Notes: generated by a model from the sequence alone, not told the origin. DNA of 62,953 nt from Peptostreptococcaceae bacterium (GCA_016649995.1 JAENWJ010000004.1:1-62953), one strand, 5' to 3'. Positions 29,330 to 40,047 are shown, counted from the stretch's first letter. Numbers and translations are program-made.

Positions 29330-29539
29330 TTACAACCCTTTTGCTCCTTTTGAAATGGAAAGGATTTCTCCATGACGGAAACATCCCGTTTCGTGATCAT
29401 TAACCATTCCCACGGCCTGCATGAACGCATAGCATATAACGGGTCCCACAAACTTGAATCCCTTTTTCTTGAGATTCAAACTCATTTTCCTAGACAAATC
29501 GGCCTCAGCGGGAACATCTTCCGTAGCAATCAGCCCCTT
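29330..29539 (-). pseudogene. tag: DNA-3-methyladenine glycosylase I, C-terminal remnant
   Basis: EDVPAEADLSRKMSLNLKKKGFKFVGPVICYAFMQAVGMVNDHETGCFR. An in-frame TGA precedes it and the N-terminal half is absent. Confidence 0.85.
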
Positions 29540-29604
29540 TCATGCCTGCGATTTGATTATAACAAATTTAACATCGCATTTTTATCTTTTTTCGGAATAT
29601 AAGA

Positions 29605-29633
29605 TTGAAATCGAACTTTTGTTCGTTTATAAT
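29605..29633 (+). promoter_or_regulatory. Sigma-A promoter with LexA (Cheo) box in the spacer
   Basis: TTGAAA-17 bp-TATAAT with CGAACTTTTGTTCG at 29612-29625. Confidence 0.9.
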
Positions 29634-29659
29634 GAAGTTATAGCAAAGGAGGCTTTTTT

Positions 29660-30901
29660 ATGAAAAAAGTCATTTTTCATATCGATGTCAATTCAGCCTT
29701 CCTTTCATGGGAGGCCGCTTACCGCCTTCAACACGGAGAAAAGCAGGATTTAAGAGAAATCCCCTGCGTTATAGGTGGCGACTCCGCGTCCCGAAGAGGC
29801 ATAGTGCTCGCGAAATCCATCCCTGCAAAGGCCATGGGCATAACGACCGGAGAATCTCTCTTCGCAGCCAGAAAAAAATGTCCTATGCTTAAAGTCGTTT
29901 CTCCAGATTATGATCTTTATACGAAGGCAAGCAAGGCTATGTTCAACATGATTGAAACCTGCATACCCTCGCTTCAAATCTATTCAATAGACGAATGCTT
30001 TGCAGATCTTTCGACATTGCCCAACATAGATAAAAACTTTATGAAGGTCGCCGCAAATCTTAAAAACCGCATCCGGACGGAACTGGGATTCACAGTCAAC
30101 ATAGGAATTTCCGAAAACAAGCTTTTGGCTAAAATGGCTTCCGATTTCAAAAAACCTGACCAAATCCATACCCTTTTTCCTGAAGAGATAGAGGAAAAGA
30201 TGTGGCCTTTGGATGCAGGAGATTTGTTCATGGCCGGACGGGCAACCGTGCATAAGCTGAAGCGCATGGGCATAATGACCATAGGCGACATAGCCAAAAC
30301 AGATAGAAATATTTTGCTCGGATATTTCAAAAAACATGGAGAAACCATCTGGCGTTATGCAAACGGATTGGATATTTCCGAAGTCGAAAGGCCGGCTTCA
30401 ATAAAGGGAATAGGAAACTCCACCACCCTCCCCTTCGATGTGACCGAAAGGGAAACGGCTCACAGGGTCTTGCTCTCCTTATGTGAAATGACCGGAATGC
30501 GCCTTCGGCAAGAAAAAAAGATGGGAAAGGTCTTTTCTGTATCCTTGAAGACAAATGATTTTCTGAGCTATTCCCACCAACAAAAAATTTTTAATGCCAC
30601 AGATTCAACCAATGAAATTTACGTTCTGGCAAAAAAGCTTTTCGATGATGCATGGCAGGGTCAACCCTTGAGGCTTTTGGGGATTCGGATTTCCGACTTA
30701 TGCGCATGCGAAAATCTGCAAATTTCGTTTTTCGATTCAGCCGACAGCGAAAAGAAACGCAGACTTGATGAAACAATTGACCAAATAAGAGAAAAACACG
30801 GCCTTTATTCAATAACTCGGTCCGCCTTTTTGGAAAGCGGCCTAAAGCCCATATCCGGTGGGGTTCATGCCGATTATAAAATGGTTTCCGGTCATCTCTA
30901 A
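29660..30901 (+). CDS. dinB: Y-family DNA polymerase (DinB/UvrX-like)
   Basis: FHIDVNSAF, SIDE, NKLLAKMAS, LRLLGI, and QISFF clamp-binding-like motif. Confidence 0.92.
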   Translation: MKKVIFHIDVNSAFLSWEAAYRLQHGEKQDLREIPCVIGGDSASRRGIVLAKSIPAKAMGITTGESLFAARKKCPMLKVVSPDYDLYTKASKAMFNMIETCIPSLQIYSIDECFADLSTLPNIDKNFMKVAANLKNRIRTELGFTVNIGISENKLLAKMASDFKKPDQIHTLFPEEIEEKMWPLDAGDLFMAGRATVHKLKRMGIMTIGDIAKTDRNILLGYFKKHGETIWRYANGLDISEVERPASIKGIGNSTTLPFDVTERETAHRVLLSLCEMTGMRLRQEKKMGKVFSVSLKTNDFLSYSHQQKIFNATDSTNEIYVLAKKLFDDAWQGQPLRLLGIRISDLCACENLQISFFDSADSEKKRRLDETIDQIREKHGLYSITRSAFLESGLKPISGGVHADYKMVSGHL

Positions 30902-30933
30902 TTGCCGTCTTCCTGAAAGGATGCGTTTCATAA

Positions 30934-31200
30934 ATGAAAATAGTTAAGATTCCCATAGAAATGATTGCCTGTTTTTCAGAAAAAGGGATTCCTTATCCTC
31001 TTAAATTCAAAATGTCGGAGGATTCCGATCACCCTCCGATAATAATCAAGGTTGATATTATAATCCACAGGGAGTCAGAAAAAATGGCAGGCAATGCGAT
31101 GTATATATTCCGCTGCCAAAGCCTCATTGATGATGAACTGAGGGTCTATGAATTGAAATACGAGCTTTCCACATGCAAGTGGTTTCTTTATAAGATGTGA
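30934..31200 (+). CDS. Small hypothetical protein co-transcribed with dinB
   Basis: 88-aa beta-rich ORF 32 bp after the dinB stop, no terminator between. Confidence 0.75.
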   Translation: MKIVKIPIEMIACFSEKGIPYPLKFKMSEDSDHPPIIIKVDIIIHRESEKMAGNAMYIFRCQSLIDDELRVYELKYELSTCKWFLYKM

Positions 31201-31206
31201 AAGGGC

Positions 31207-31297
31207 AGTGGAAAGTAGCAAGTAGAAAGTAGGAAGTAAGAAGAAAAAGCAAAGGAAGTGGGAAGGAGCAAGTGGAAAGTGGGAAGTAGCAAATAGA
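31207..31297 (+). repeat. Degenerate heptamer tract (AAGTAG/AAGTGG)
   Basis: gaaagta gcaagta gaaagta ggaagta ... gcaagtg gaaagtg ggaagta gcaaata. Confidence 0.85.
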
Positions 31298-31358
31298 AAC
31301 AAAGAAAGTTGATGATTTCAGGTCAAGGATCAAATTTCTCGCTACGACCTGCGGCGGA

Positions 31359-31590
31359 TTCGCGTGCCCTGTGGGTATTCATAGCGCTTTGTTTTTCGGC
31401 AAAATCTAAAATCTGCAAACTCGCTTCGCGTCGGGCTAAAGCCAAAGCAGATTTCTTGACGATTTAGCCTTATCCAAAGCTGTGAATATCAAGCCTCGGT
31501 CGATGCATCGCAATATGAAACCTCAACTTGGAATGCCTCGAGTAGATTCTCAATTCGAGTGGTGCATTAAATTGTACAAGTTTCCTAAAC
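31359..31590. repeat. Structured interspersed repeat element, copy 2 (longer)
   Basis: Matches 25088-25286. Nested stems GGTATTCATAGC/GCTGTGAATATC, GGCAAAATC/GATTTAGCC, AAATCTGC/GCAGATTT. Confidence 0.92.
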
Positions 31591-31778
31591 CTGAAAACAA
31601 AGAAAAACCTCAAAATGCATTTGGTGCTTTTGCCTGATTTTAATTTTTTTCTTACTACTTGCTACTTGTATCTTTCCACTGTATTTAGGGCGCAGCAAGC
31701 ATACAAGTCTTGAGCCGCAAAAGCTGATGTCCGATAGAAAGAAATACTTCAAAGCAATAAACAGTTTGTAGTAAATAT

Positions 31779-31815
31779 AAAACAAGAACTCAGACTAAAT
31801 CCGAGTTCTTGTTTT
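31779..31815. terminator. Intrinsic terminator (rbr side)
   Basis: AAAACAAGAACTC...GAGTTCTTGTTTT. Confidence 0.8.
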
Positions 31816-31866
31816 TATTTTTTGCTTTTAAGTTTTTACTGCAAGCTGCAAACTGCCCGCTGCCTT

Positions 31867-32442
31867 TTAATAGTTTTTTGCTCTCACTTCGAAGGCCAAC
31901 TGCGGAACTGCGCAAACGGGACATTTGCCGGGAGCTTTGGCTCCACTGTGGACGTATCCGCATTCTCTGCACTTCCACTCGACCGTTTCATCCTTGGCAA
32001 ACACTTTTTCTTCTTCAACGCTTTTAAGCAATGCGCTATAGCGTTCCTCGTGCTCTTTTTCGACTTTAGATATCATCTTCCATGCTGATGCGATTTTGGG
32101 GAAGCCTTCCTCATTCGCCACTTTCGCGAATTCGGGATAAAGAATCGTCCATTCTTCATTCTCCCCCATTGCGGCCGCATTTAGGTTTTCGGCAGTTGTT
32201 CCGACTTTCCCAGCCGGATAAGTAGCAGTTATTTCGAGGTCTCCGCCTTCGAGAAAGCTAAAGAATATGTCGGCATGGACCTTTTCATTGTAAGCGGTCT
32301 CTTCGAATATCTCGGCAATCTGCTCGTATCCCTCGTCAATGGCCATTTCAGCAAAAAAAGTATAACGGTTTCTAGCCTGAGACTCCCCCGCAAAAGATTT
32401 TAACAAATTCTGTTCCGTTTTGGTTCCTTTCAATTCGGGCAT
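31867..32442 (-). CDS. rbr: Rubrerythrin
   Basis: [20 protein letters not shown]-terminal WKCRECGY...CPVC. Confidence 0.95.
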   Translation of the reverse strand: MPELKGTKTEQNLLKSFAGESQARNRYTFFAEMAIDEGYEQIAEIFEETAYNEKVHADIFFSFLEGGDLEITATYPAGKVGTTAENLNAAAMGENEEWTILYPEFAKVANEEGFPKIASAWKMISKVEKEHEERYSALLKSVEEEKVFAKDETVEWKCRECGYVHSGAKAPGKCPVCAVPQLAFEVRAKNY

Positions 32443-32489
32443 GTCTGTATCTCCTTTTCTCTAATTATTATTTTGTCCATTATACTATA

Positions 32490-32999
32490 TTATTCAGCAA
32501 CAGGGGGCGTGAACACTCTTGTTTGAAGTTCCCTGTCCATCATGAACAGACCGGAACCTTTTCCATCGATAAATTTAAGCTGTTCGAGAAGTCCCGAAGC
32601 ATTTGCTTCCTCTTCTACCTGCTCCCCTATATACCACTGAAGGAAATTGAAAGTAGCGTGGTCTTTTTCTTCCATTGCAATATCAACCAAATTGTTTATG
32701 AGCGAAGTCACCTTTTGCTCATGCTTATATACTTCTTCAAAAACATCCACAAAATTTTCCCACTCGGTTTGAGGTTTTTCAATCATGTCAAGAACGATTG
32801 TCCCGCCTCTTTCGTTTACATAGTCAAACATTTTCATTGCATGAAATTGCTCTTCCTGGGCCTGCACCCTTAGCCAATTTGCAATGCCGCTCATATTTTT
32901 TGTTTGTGCATAAGCCGACATTGACAGATATAGATATCCCGAATACAATTCGGCATTTATTTGCTCATTGATTGCTTTTTCCATTCTTTTATTAATCAT
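32490..32999 (-). CDS. ftnA: Non-heme ferritin
   Basis: EQINAELYS.YLY, QAQEEQFH, HEQKVT, WYIGEQVEEE. Confidence 0.93.
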   Translation of the reverse strand: MINKRMEKAINEQINAELYSGYLYLSMSAYAQTKNMSGIANWLRVQAQEEQFHAMKMFDYVNERGGTIVLDMIEKPQTEWENFVDVFEEVYKHEQKVTSLINNLVDIAMEEKDHATFNFLQWYIGEQVEEEANASGLLEQLKFIDGKGSGLFMMDRELQTRVFTPPVAE

Positions 33000-33026
33000 T
33001 TATTTCCTCCTGTTTTCTCTGTAATG

Positions 33027-33407
33027 TTATTTTTCGTTTTTCCAATGGCCATGCACATTGCAATACTCTCTTGCAACAACCGTTTCGGCCTTAACCATAA
33101 ATGTTGCTTGAGGAGCCATTCCCGGGGAAAGATATTCAGTATATACTTTATCCCCTGCCACCAATTCAATCCATTGGATGTAGTGCTCTTCCTTCATTGG
33201 ATGCAAAGTGCTCCCTACAATCACTTTATATCCGCCGTCAATTTTTTCTATTACTGGCACATGTTTCTCTGTCGATGAATCAGCGGTTTTTTCTTCCTGC
33301 AGTTTCATATCTTCACCGCAGCAAACCAAAGTGCCACCACCGGCATTATAAATTTCCACAATATTGCCGCATACTTCGCATTTGTAAACCTCAAGTCTCT
33401 TAGCCAT
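33027..33407 (-). CDS. dfx: Desulfoferrodoxin (superoxide reductase)
   Basis: [32 protein letters not shown]. Confidence 0.95.
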   Translation of the reverse strand: MAKRLEVYKCEVCGNIVEIYNAGGGTLVCCGEDMKLQEEKTADSSTEKHVPVIEKIDGGYKVIVGSTLHPMKEEHYIQWIELVAGDKVYTEYLSPGMAPQATFMVKAETVVAREYCNVHGHWKNEK

Positions 33408-33463
33408 TTGTATTCCTCCTTCATTTTTGTTTGCCAAATCACAGTGCAATCACCTTAATATTG

Positions 33464-33489
33464 TTACCCCAAGCGGGCATTTTAAAACA
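33464..33489 (-). promoter_or_regulatory. SigB-like promoter of dfx-ftn-rbr
   Basis: TGTTT-15 bp-GGGTAA. Confidence 0.55.
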
Positions 33490-33607
33490 AGATTCAAAGC
33501 GCATACATTTAATTATACCCACTGCAAAGGTTAAATTGTAATTATTTCATTGCATTCGAGAACCCCAAGCATCATCCGATGTTGGGGTTCTTTTGTTTCG
33601 GGATTTT

Positions 33608-34333
33608 TTAATATAATACTTTTCCTAAAAAATCCTTTGTTCTCGGACTCTTTGGATTGTCGAAAATTTCTTGGGGGGTACCCTCTTCTTCGATTATCCC
33701 GTCATCCATGAAAAGAATCCTGTCCGCAACTTCCTTTGCAAATCCCATTTCATGGGAAACTATTACCATTGTCATTCCCTTCGATGCCAAATCCTTCATG
33801 ACATCCAGCACCTCTCCAACCATTTCCGGATCAAGGGCTGATGTAGGTTCATCGAAAAGCATCACATCAGGTTCCATTGCCAATGCCCTCGCAATTGCCA
33901 CCCTCTGCTTCTGTCCACCTGAAAGCTGTTTAGGATAGGCCTCCGCTTTGTCCGGAAGTCCTACGCGTTCCAAAAGTTTTTTCGCCAAGGCATCCGCTTC
34001 ATCCTTCGAAACCTTTTTTACCTTTATCGGGCCTAGTGTTACATTTGTTGTAACATTCATAAGGGGAAAAAGATTGAACTGCTGAAAAACCATTCCCATT
34101 TTTTGCCTCTGTAGATTAACATCGTTTTTAGGATCGGTTATTGAAACCCCTTCAAAAATGATTTCCCCTTCCGTTGGTTGTTCAAGCAAGTTCAGGCATC
34201 TTAAAAAAGTACTTTTTCCCGAGCCTGAAGGCCCTATTACTACTACAACCTCTCCTTTTTCTATATGTGTGTTTATGCCTTTAAGCACATGGAGATCTCC
34301 AAAATACTTATGCAAATTTATTGTTTTAATCAC
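33608..34333 (-). CDS. Polar amino acid ABC transporter ATPase
   Basis: [28 protein letters not shown]. Confidence 0.93.
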   Translation of the reverse strand: MIKTINLHKYFGDLHVLKGINTHIEKGEVVVVIGPSGSGKSTFLRCLNLLEQPTEGEIIFEGVSITDPKNDVNLQRQKMGMVFQQFNLFPLMNVTTNVTLGPIKVKKVSKDEADALAKKLLERVGLPDKAEAYPKQLSGGQKQRVAIARALAMEPDVMLFDEPTSALDPEMVGEVLDVMKDLASKGMTMVIVSHEMGFAKEVADRILFMDDGIIEEEGTPQEIFDNPKSPRTKDFLGKVLY

Positions 34334-34979
34334 TTGCGCTCATCCTCCTTTCAACTATGCCTAGCAGTCGGGACAATGTGAATGTTATTATGAAATATAT
34401 TACAGCCGCCACCATGAGAGGCGCAAAGGCTTGGTATGTGATTCCCCTTATTGTATCTGCGCGATACATGAGCTCGGTTATACCTACAACAGAAACTATT
34501 GCTGATTCCTTTACCACAACTATGAATTCATTTCCAAGCGCCGGAAGTATATTCTTGAATGCCTGCGGGATTACAATGTAGCGCATCCCCATGTTAAAAG
34601 GCATTCCTATTGATCTGGCGGCTTCCATTTGGCCCTTGTCCACTGCCTGGATTCCAGCCCTGATTATTTCAGCCACATAGGCCCCGCTGTTTAAGCTTAG
34701 TGCTATAATCCCCCAAACCATATCCGGCAAATCGAGCGGAATAACTCTGGGAAGCCCGTAAAAGATGATGTAAATCTGAATTATGACCGGCGTTCCTCTA
34801 AGGAATTCAATGTATGCAGTCGCGATTGCCCTTAATATTGTTTTCTTTGAAATCTTCATGAGTGCAAGCATTACTCCGAGGATCACACCAAAAAAAACTG
34901 CAAAAATAGCCAAAAGCAGCGTATTCGCCACACCGGATATATAAAACATCTTGTATTTAATAAGAAAATCCAAATTCAA
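34326..34979 (-). CDS. Polar amino acid ABC transporter permease
   Basis: [15 protein letters not shown]...GQMEAA. Confidence 0.93.
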   Translation of the reverse strand: MNLDFLIKYKMFYISGVANTLLLAIFAVFFGVILGVMLALMKISKKTILRAIATAYIEFLRGTPVIIQIYIIFYGLPRVIPLDLPDMVWGIIALSLNSGAYVAEIIRAGIQAVDKGQMEAARSIGMPFNMGMRYIVIPQAFKNILPALGNEFIVVVKESAIVSVVGITELMYRADTIRGITYQAFAPLMVAAVIYFIITFTLSRLLGIVERRMSASD

Positions 34980-35114
34980 TTGTTTTCCCCCCCATTCACT
35001 GCATTTAATTCATTTTGATAAAATTCTTATCCATTATAACATAGAAAGATAGTGGTATAAGCCACTATCTTTCCGGTTTTTATAATTGATGTTTTGAAAA
35101 TATTTTGCTCTCTA

Positions 35115-35957
35115 TTAGTTTTCTTCTGAAAGCTCAATTGCATCGAATACATACTGCGAAATCATGTCTGCATCCATCAATTTAGTAAGTGAAGCATTTA
35201 CAGCTTCTACAAATTCCGGAGCTCCTTTTTTGAATCCTATTGCTGAACCGCTATCTCCTGAATCAAGTGTCATATCAGCAAGCATGATGTCATCATTGTT
35301 GTTTGCGTAAGCAGTTGCAACAGGCTTTTCTGCAACAACAGCATCAATATTTCCGTTTTTAAGTTGGAGAACAAGGTCTGGCATTTTTCCAAGGCCCTTG
35401 ACTTCGGCACCTTCGATCGTCTTTGCTATCTCTTCCTGCGTAGTACCCTTTTGCACGCCTACAATCTTGCCGTTTAAATCTTCAACCGTTGTGATGCTGT
35501 CTGCGTTTTCAACATTAAGCATTACGCCTTGTATAGCAGTATAGTAAACCTCTGAAAAATCAATCGCCAAAGCTCTCTCTTCGGTGGGAGTCAGTCCAGC
35601 AATTACTAAGTCTACTCCGCCTGCCTCAAGAGCTGGCAGCAATCCGTTGAATGCCATATCCTTGATTTCAAGTTCAACGCCCAAGTCTTCTGCGATGGCC
35701 TTTGCAATTTCGATATCAAAGCCCACGATAGCATCTGCTCCATCCTTAACAACATGGAATTCATAGGGTGGATAGTCAGCGCTAGTTCCTAGTACCAATT
35801 TGCCCGCTTCCTTGATTTCATCCAATTTTGTCATTTCAGCAACCGGTTCTTCAGCAACCGGTTCTTCAGCAGATGGTTCCGCCGCCGGCGAACAAGCAAC
35901 AACGGCAAAAATCATAATGCCGACCATGAGTAAAGCCAATAATTTTTTAGTATTCAT
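35115..35957 (-). CDS. Polar amino acid (probably arginine) ABC substrate-binding lipoprotein
   Basis: VVAC lipobox, GTSADYPPYEF, GFDIEIA, TEER, GVQKGT. Confidence 0.9.
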   Translation of the reverse strand: MNTKKLLALLMVGIMIFAVVACSPAAEPSAEEPVAEEPVAEMTKLDEIKEAGKLVLGTSADYPPYEFHVVKDGADAIVGFDIEIAKAIAEDLGVELEIKDMAFNGLLPALEAGGVDLVIAGLTPTEERALAIDFSEVYYTAIQGVMLNVENADSITTVEDLNGKIVGVQKGTTQEEIAKTIEGAEVKGLGKMPDLVLQLKNGNIDAVVAEKPVATAYANNNDDIMLADMTLDSGDSGSAIGFKKGAPEFVEAVNASLTKLMDADMISQYVFDAIELSEEN

Positions 35958-35990
35958 TAATAATCCTCCTCTAATTTATATCCTGCGTTA

Positions 35991-36019
35991 ATTATACGCA
36001 TTCTTGCATATTTATGCAA
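35991..36019 (-). promoter_or_regulatory. Sigma-A promoter overlapped by an ARG box (ArgR)
   Basis: TTGCAT-17 bp-TATAAT; TGCATATTTATGCA (36005-36018) fits TGNAT-W4-ATNCA. Confidence 0.7.
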
Positions 36020-36108
36020 GCGTTTTTTTATATTTGTACCGTTTTTTTCAAAAGTACACAAAATATACCGCAACGGATGTATGGCAATAGTATAAAAATC
36101 CATTCTCA

Positions 36109-36939
36109 TCACTTGATAGAGTAGCAAAATCCTATTGCTTTTGGTCCAAGATGGGCTCCAATAACCGGCCCAAGCTCTTCAATTGCAATAGTCGCACCCG
36201 GAAACTCATTTTCAAGAATTAGCTTGTACTCGTTTGCCTCATCTTGGCTCAAAATATGTGAAATTGAAATAATCTCTGCATTTTGGGGTATGCTTTCCAG
36301 CATTCTTTTAATGGCCTTTTTTTTGCCTCTGACCTTATCAATCGGTTCAAGGGCTCCGTCTACCAAAGCAATAATCGGCTTAATCTTCAATAGCTTCCCT
36401 AAAAATTCCTGAGAAGCAGTAAGTCTTCCTCCACGCTTCAAATACTCAAGGGTTTCCACTGTTAGGCTAATTCCTGTTTTGGCTTTCTCTTTTTCAATCT
36501 TATCAACTATGGAAATCCTATCGTCACTTTCGCTTGCCATATTTAATAGCTTCTCCACCAACACTTTAAGGTTGGCCGCAGTAGTCCTAGAATCCACAAC
36601 ACTTATTTTATCAGGTGCAATCATTTCAGCCGCCATCTGAGCACTGCTAAATGTTCCACTTAGCTTGCCGGATATGGTGATGGCTATGACTTCATTGCCG
36701 CTTTCCACCAATTCTCTAAAAACCTCGGCGAATGCTCCAACCGAAGGTTGCGAGGTAGTGGGAAAAGACTTGGATTCCTTCAACCTTTTGAAGAACTCCT
36801 CAAATTCTCCCGGGTATCCCTCCTTTTCCGCTTCCCCTTCAAAGTGTATGGTCAACGGAACTATTTCTATGCCCTTTAGCTCCGCATATTCTTTTTGTAT
36901 ATAGGCAGTAGTGTCTGTAACTATTCTAATTTTGCTCAT
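36109..36939 (-). CDS. DegV/FakB-family fatty-acid-binding protein
   Basis: IVTDT, PTTSQPS, ISGKLSGT, VDS, YLKRGGR, HLGP. Confidence 0.92.
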   Translation of the reverse strand: MSKIRIVTDTTAYIQKEYAELKGIEIVPLTIHFEGEAEKEGYPGEFEEFFKRLKESKSFPTTSQPSVGAFAEVFRELVESGNEVIAITISGKLSGTFSSAQMAAEMIAPDKISVVDSRTTAANLKVLVEKLLNMASESDDRISIVDKIEKEKAKTGISLTVETLEYLKRGGRLTASQEFLGKLLKIKPIIALVDGALEPIDKVRGKKKAIKRMLESIPQNAEIISISHILSQDEANEYKLILENEFPGATIAIEELGPVIGAHLGPKAIGFCYSIK

Positions 36940-37055
36940 AAAGTCCTCCTTGAATTATTATGTCAATCTTATCAGATTCCTTTGATTCTAACAATATGGA
37001 ATAACTAGCGGAAATATGGTAAAATTCTAGTAAAAGAATTTTCTTTAATCAGGAA

Positions 37056-37286
37056 GTGATATTAATGAAAACCGTTAACAAAATCATCACCATATTCATC
37101 ACTTTAATAACAATAATTATCTTCATTCTTTACGGCCATTTGTTTTCCCAAGAGGGTTTACCGGGATTGTGGAGAATTGGGGCTTTCTTAGCCATAGCGG
37201 CCTTGATAGCAGCCATGGCTTACACCGGGTACAAACGAATACACGAAATCGAAAAGGAGGATAAGGATGATCTTAGTAAATACTGA
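37056..37286 (+). CDS. Small membrane protein, hypothetical
   Basis: Two TM segments plus RIHEIEKEDKDDLSKY tail; overlaps the next gene and supplies its SD. Confidence 0.75.
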   Translation: MILMKTVNKIITIFITLITIIIFILYGHLFSQEGLPGLWRIGAFLAIAALIAAMAYTGYKRIHEIEKEDKDDLSKY

Positions 37287-37581
37287 TTACATTGCTGACA
37301 AAAAACTTGAGACGATTTCTATCGTAAAGGGAGCAACTGTACGAGCCAAGCATGTAGGAAAAGACATAATGAGCAGCCTAAAAACCCTGGTTGGAGGCGA
37401 AATAATTGCCTATCAGGAAATGATGAACGAGGCCAGGGCAATTGCAACAGAACGAATGGTAAAAGAAGCCGAGGAACTTGGAGCCGATGCCGTGGTAAAT
37501 ATACGCTATGCCACAAGCGCAATCATGCAGGGCGCGGCTGAGGTTATAGTTTATGGAACTGCCGTAAAATTCATCGAATAG
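37267..37581 (+). CDS. YbjQ (UPF0145) family protein
   Basis: GKDI...LVGGEI..Y..MMNEAR...GADAVVNIRY...YGTAV. Confidence 0.92.
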   Translation: MILVNTDYIADKKLETISIVKGATVRAKHVGKDIMSSLKTLVGGEIIAYQEMMNEARAIATERMVKEAEELGADAVVNIRYATSAIMQGAAEVIVYGTAVKFIE

Positions 37582-37582
37582 A

Positions 37583-37635
37583 ATGGCAATATAAAAAACC
37601 CAATCTTTAAAGACTGGGTTTTTTATATTGTCATT
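37583..37635. terminator. Bidirectional terminator
   Basis: CAATATAAAAAACCCA...TGGGTTTTTTATATTG. Confidence 0.85.
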
Positions 37636-37640
37636 CTATT

Positions 37641-38546
37641 TTAGGGCACAAGAAACTCTAGAGCGCTGCGTATTATTGAAAACTCCAAGGGAAATTCGAC
37701 CCCTTTTTCTCCGTCAATGTCTACTATGAGTCCGGGGCTTTCGGTTTCCACTTTCAGCTTGTCTGTTTTGAAATAAATAACGTTTGGGTCCTTTATGTGC
37801 TGCCCTGATATCAGTTTTAGGAAAACAGCCGCCATATCTATCATGTCTGATTTTTTTATAGCTATAACGTCAAGCAATCCGTCATTAACCTCTGCATAGG
37901 GCGCAAAATTCATGAATCCCCCTGTTGAAGATGAATTCATTACTGCAAAAAGGTAAGACTTTATTTCCAATAAATTTCCATCGTATTGAAACCGAAATGT
38001 ATACGGTCTTCCAATACCATCGCTGACCTCACGAATGCCTGCGGCATAGTAGGCAAGCCTCCCAAACACCGTTTTAATTTCACCAGGTGTTTCATATCCG
38101 ACTTTGGCCATCATTCCCGCAAAGGCTACATTTATAAAATATCGATTGTTTACCTTTCCTACATCTACCGCTTGGAGCTTGAAACGTTTCACCATTTCGA
38201 AAACATCGTCTATGTCCTTAGGCAAATAAAGGTAGTTGGCAAAATCGTTTACTGTTCCGGCCGGAATCAGTGCAATGGGAATTCTGATCTTGTTCTTTAT
38301 CATGATGTTTACGACCTCATGAATTGTGCCGTCTCCACCAATAACCATTACGAGACCTATGTCTTTACTTGCGGCGGCTTCAACAAAAGCCCTTTCCCTA
38401 CCGTCTGCTCCTTCATCTATACTCTTAACGCATGAAACTATCCCTTCAATGACCAATCGGCCAACTAAAGTATTCAGATGCTTCTGCACTGTTTTTTTTC
38501 CCGCATTTGGATTGTTTACAATCAGCATTTTCATTTTTCTCACCAC
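37641..38546 (-). CDS. YegS/DAGK-family lipid kinase
   Basis: NPNAG, GGDGT, PAGTVNDFA, DGLLD, DIDGE. Confidence 0.92.
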   Translation of the reverse strand: MVRKMKMLIVNNPNAGKKTVQKHLNTLVGRLVIEGIVSCVKSIDEGADGRERAFVEAAASKDIGLVMVIGGDGTIHEVVNIMIKNKIRIPIALIPAGTVNDFANYLYLPKDIDDVFEMVKRFKLQAVDVGKVNNRYFINVAFAGMMAKVGYETPGEIKTVFGRLAYYAAGIREVSDGIGRPYTFRFQYDGNLLEIKSYLFAVMNSSSTGGFMNFAPYAEVNDGLLDVIAIKKSDMIDMAAVFLKLISGQHIKDPNVIYFKTDKLKVETESPGLIVDIDGEKGVEFPLEFSIIRSALEFLVP

Positions 38547-39058
38547 CTGTTTTTATGAACCCGCTCTTCAAAATATGTGTCATTCGCCGGTTTCTTCTCA
38601 TCAGGATACCCGAGCGAGATAAGGCAAAACGGAACTATGTTGTCGGGCAGTTTCAAGAGTTTCTTCAATCCGTTCATTCTCTCTTCCCTCGGATAGACTC
38701 CCAGCCAAACAGAACCTATTCCAAGCTCCTCGGCCATGAGAAGAATATTCTGCGTTGAAGCCGAGCAATCCTGTATCCAGTATCCCTCATATAGCTGAAG
38801 GTTCAAATCCACACATACGCATATCACATGGGATGCATTCTTGACCATTGCGGCGTATGGATGGAAGTCTGGAATGCGCTCCATAATCCTTTTGTCTTCA
38901 ACGACTATGAAGTGCCACGGCTGTTCATTTCCCGCTGAAGGCGCACACATTCCAGCCTTCAGCAATTCTTCGATTTTTTTATCGTCGATTTTTTTATCCT
39001 TGTATTTTCTTATGCTTCTCCTTGTATAGATTGATTTCATTAAGCTCGCCTCCTTCAT
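38540..39058 (-). CDS. Nitroreductase family protein
   Basis: RRSIRKY, APSAGNEQPWHF, QNILL...LGIGSVW, LGYP. Confidence 0.92.
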   Translation of the reverse strand: MKEASLMKSIYTRRSIRKYKDKKIDDKKIEELLKAGMCAPSAGNEQPWHFIVVEDKRIMERIPDFHPYAAMVKNASHVICVCVDLNLQLYEGYWIQDCSASTQNILLMAEELGIGSVWLGVYPREERMNGLKKLLKLPDNIVPFCLISLGYPDEKKPANDTYFEERVHKNRW

Positions 39059-40047
39059 TCATGCCTGATCATTATCCTTCTTCCGCAATTTTCACATATG
39101 CCGTTTTTCAGATTGTAGACCATGCCTTCATACTTGCTTCTATCGACAATCAAGGATCGGCATTCCGGACAGTATGTATTGTTGTCCACTCCCGGAACAT
39201 TTCCTATATAAACATGATTCAAATGCCTTCGGGCTATCTCCGCAAGGGACTTTATCCTTTCGATGGGCGTCGGAGGGTCATTCCTCTTCCAATCCGGAAA
39301 ATACCTTGAAAGATGGAGAGGCATATCCTTTTTCAATCCCCCCAAGTATCGGCTCATCGCATCAATTTCTCTTTCGTCTGTATTTAGGTCCTCTATCAAA
39401 AGTGTTGTGACCTCAACATGAACACTTCTGCATGAGCGTTCTATTGTCTTTTTCACCGGATTTGCCTTACCGCTGCATATATCAGTATAAAACTTTTCAT
39501 TGAATGCCTTAAGATCTATGTTCATGGCGTCTACCTGCTCTAAAAGAGCCTCCAATGGATCTTCATTTATAAATCCATTGGTGACCAGAACCACCTTCAT
39601 GCCCTCGGCATGAATAAGCTTTGCGCATTTTATTATATATTCAGGATTTATTATGGGCTCGTTGTATGTGAATGCCACACCAATGGACTCGCTTCTATAG
39701 CGCAGAGCTAGCTCAAGAAGCCTTTCCGCCTCCATATGCAAGGTTTGCGGCCTTTCATGGGCAATTCTGTAGTTCTGACAGAAGTCGCATTTCAGATTGC
39801 ATCCATAGCTTCCTACCGAAAAAATTTTTTTGCCCGGGTAGTAATGGAAAAGCGGTTTTTTTTCGATCGGATCAATTCCATATGATGTTATTTCACCATA
39901 TCCCATTGCATAAAGCAACCCGCCTCTGTTCTTCCTTGCTCCACAAATCCCGGTTTCACCTACGGACAACTTGCAGTAATGCGGACACAAAAGACACCTC
40001 ACCTGCAAGTTTTCAATTTTTTCATAAAACCGCGCTTCCTTAAACAT
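39055..40047 (-). CDS. amrS: AmmeMemoRadiSam system radical SAM enzyme
   Basis: CLLCPHYC, DPIEKKPLFH, GCNLKCDFCQN, AFTYNEP, NIDLK, YIGN...TYCPEC. Confidence 0.92.
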   Translation of the reverse strand: MFKEARFYEKIENLQVRCLLCPHYCKLSVGETGICGARKNRGGLLYAMGYGEITSYGIDPIEKKPLFHYYPGKKIFSVGSYGCNLKCDFCQNYRIAHERPQTLHMEAERLLELALRYRSESIGVAFTYNEPIINPEYIIKCAKLIHAEGMKVVLVTNGFINEDPLEALLEQVDAMNIDLKAFNEKFYTDICSGKANPVKKTIERSCRSVHVEVTTLLIEDLNTDEREIDAMSRYLGGLKKDMPLHLSRYFPDWKRNDPPTPIERIKSLAEIARRHLNHVYIGNVPGVDNNTYCPECRSLIVDRSKYEGMVYNLKNGICENCGRRIMIRHE

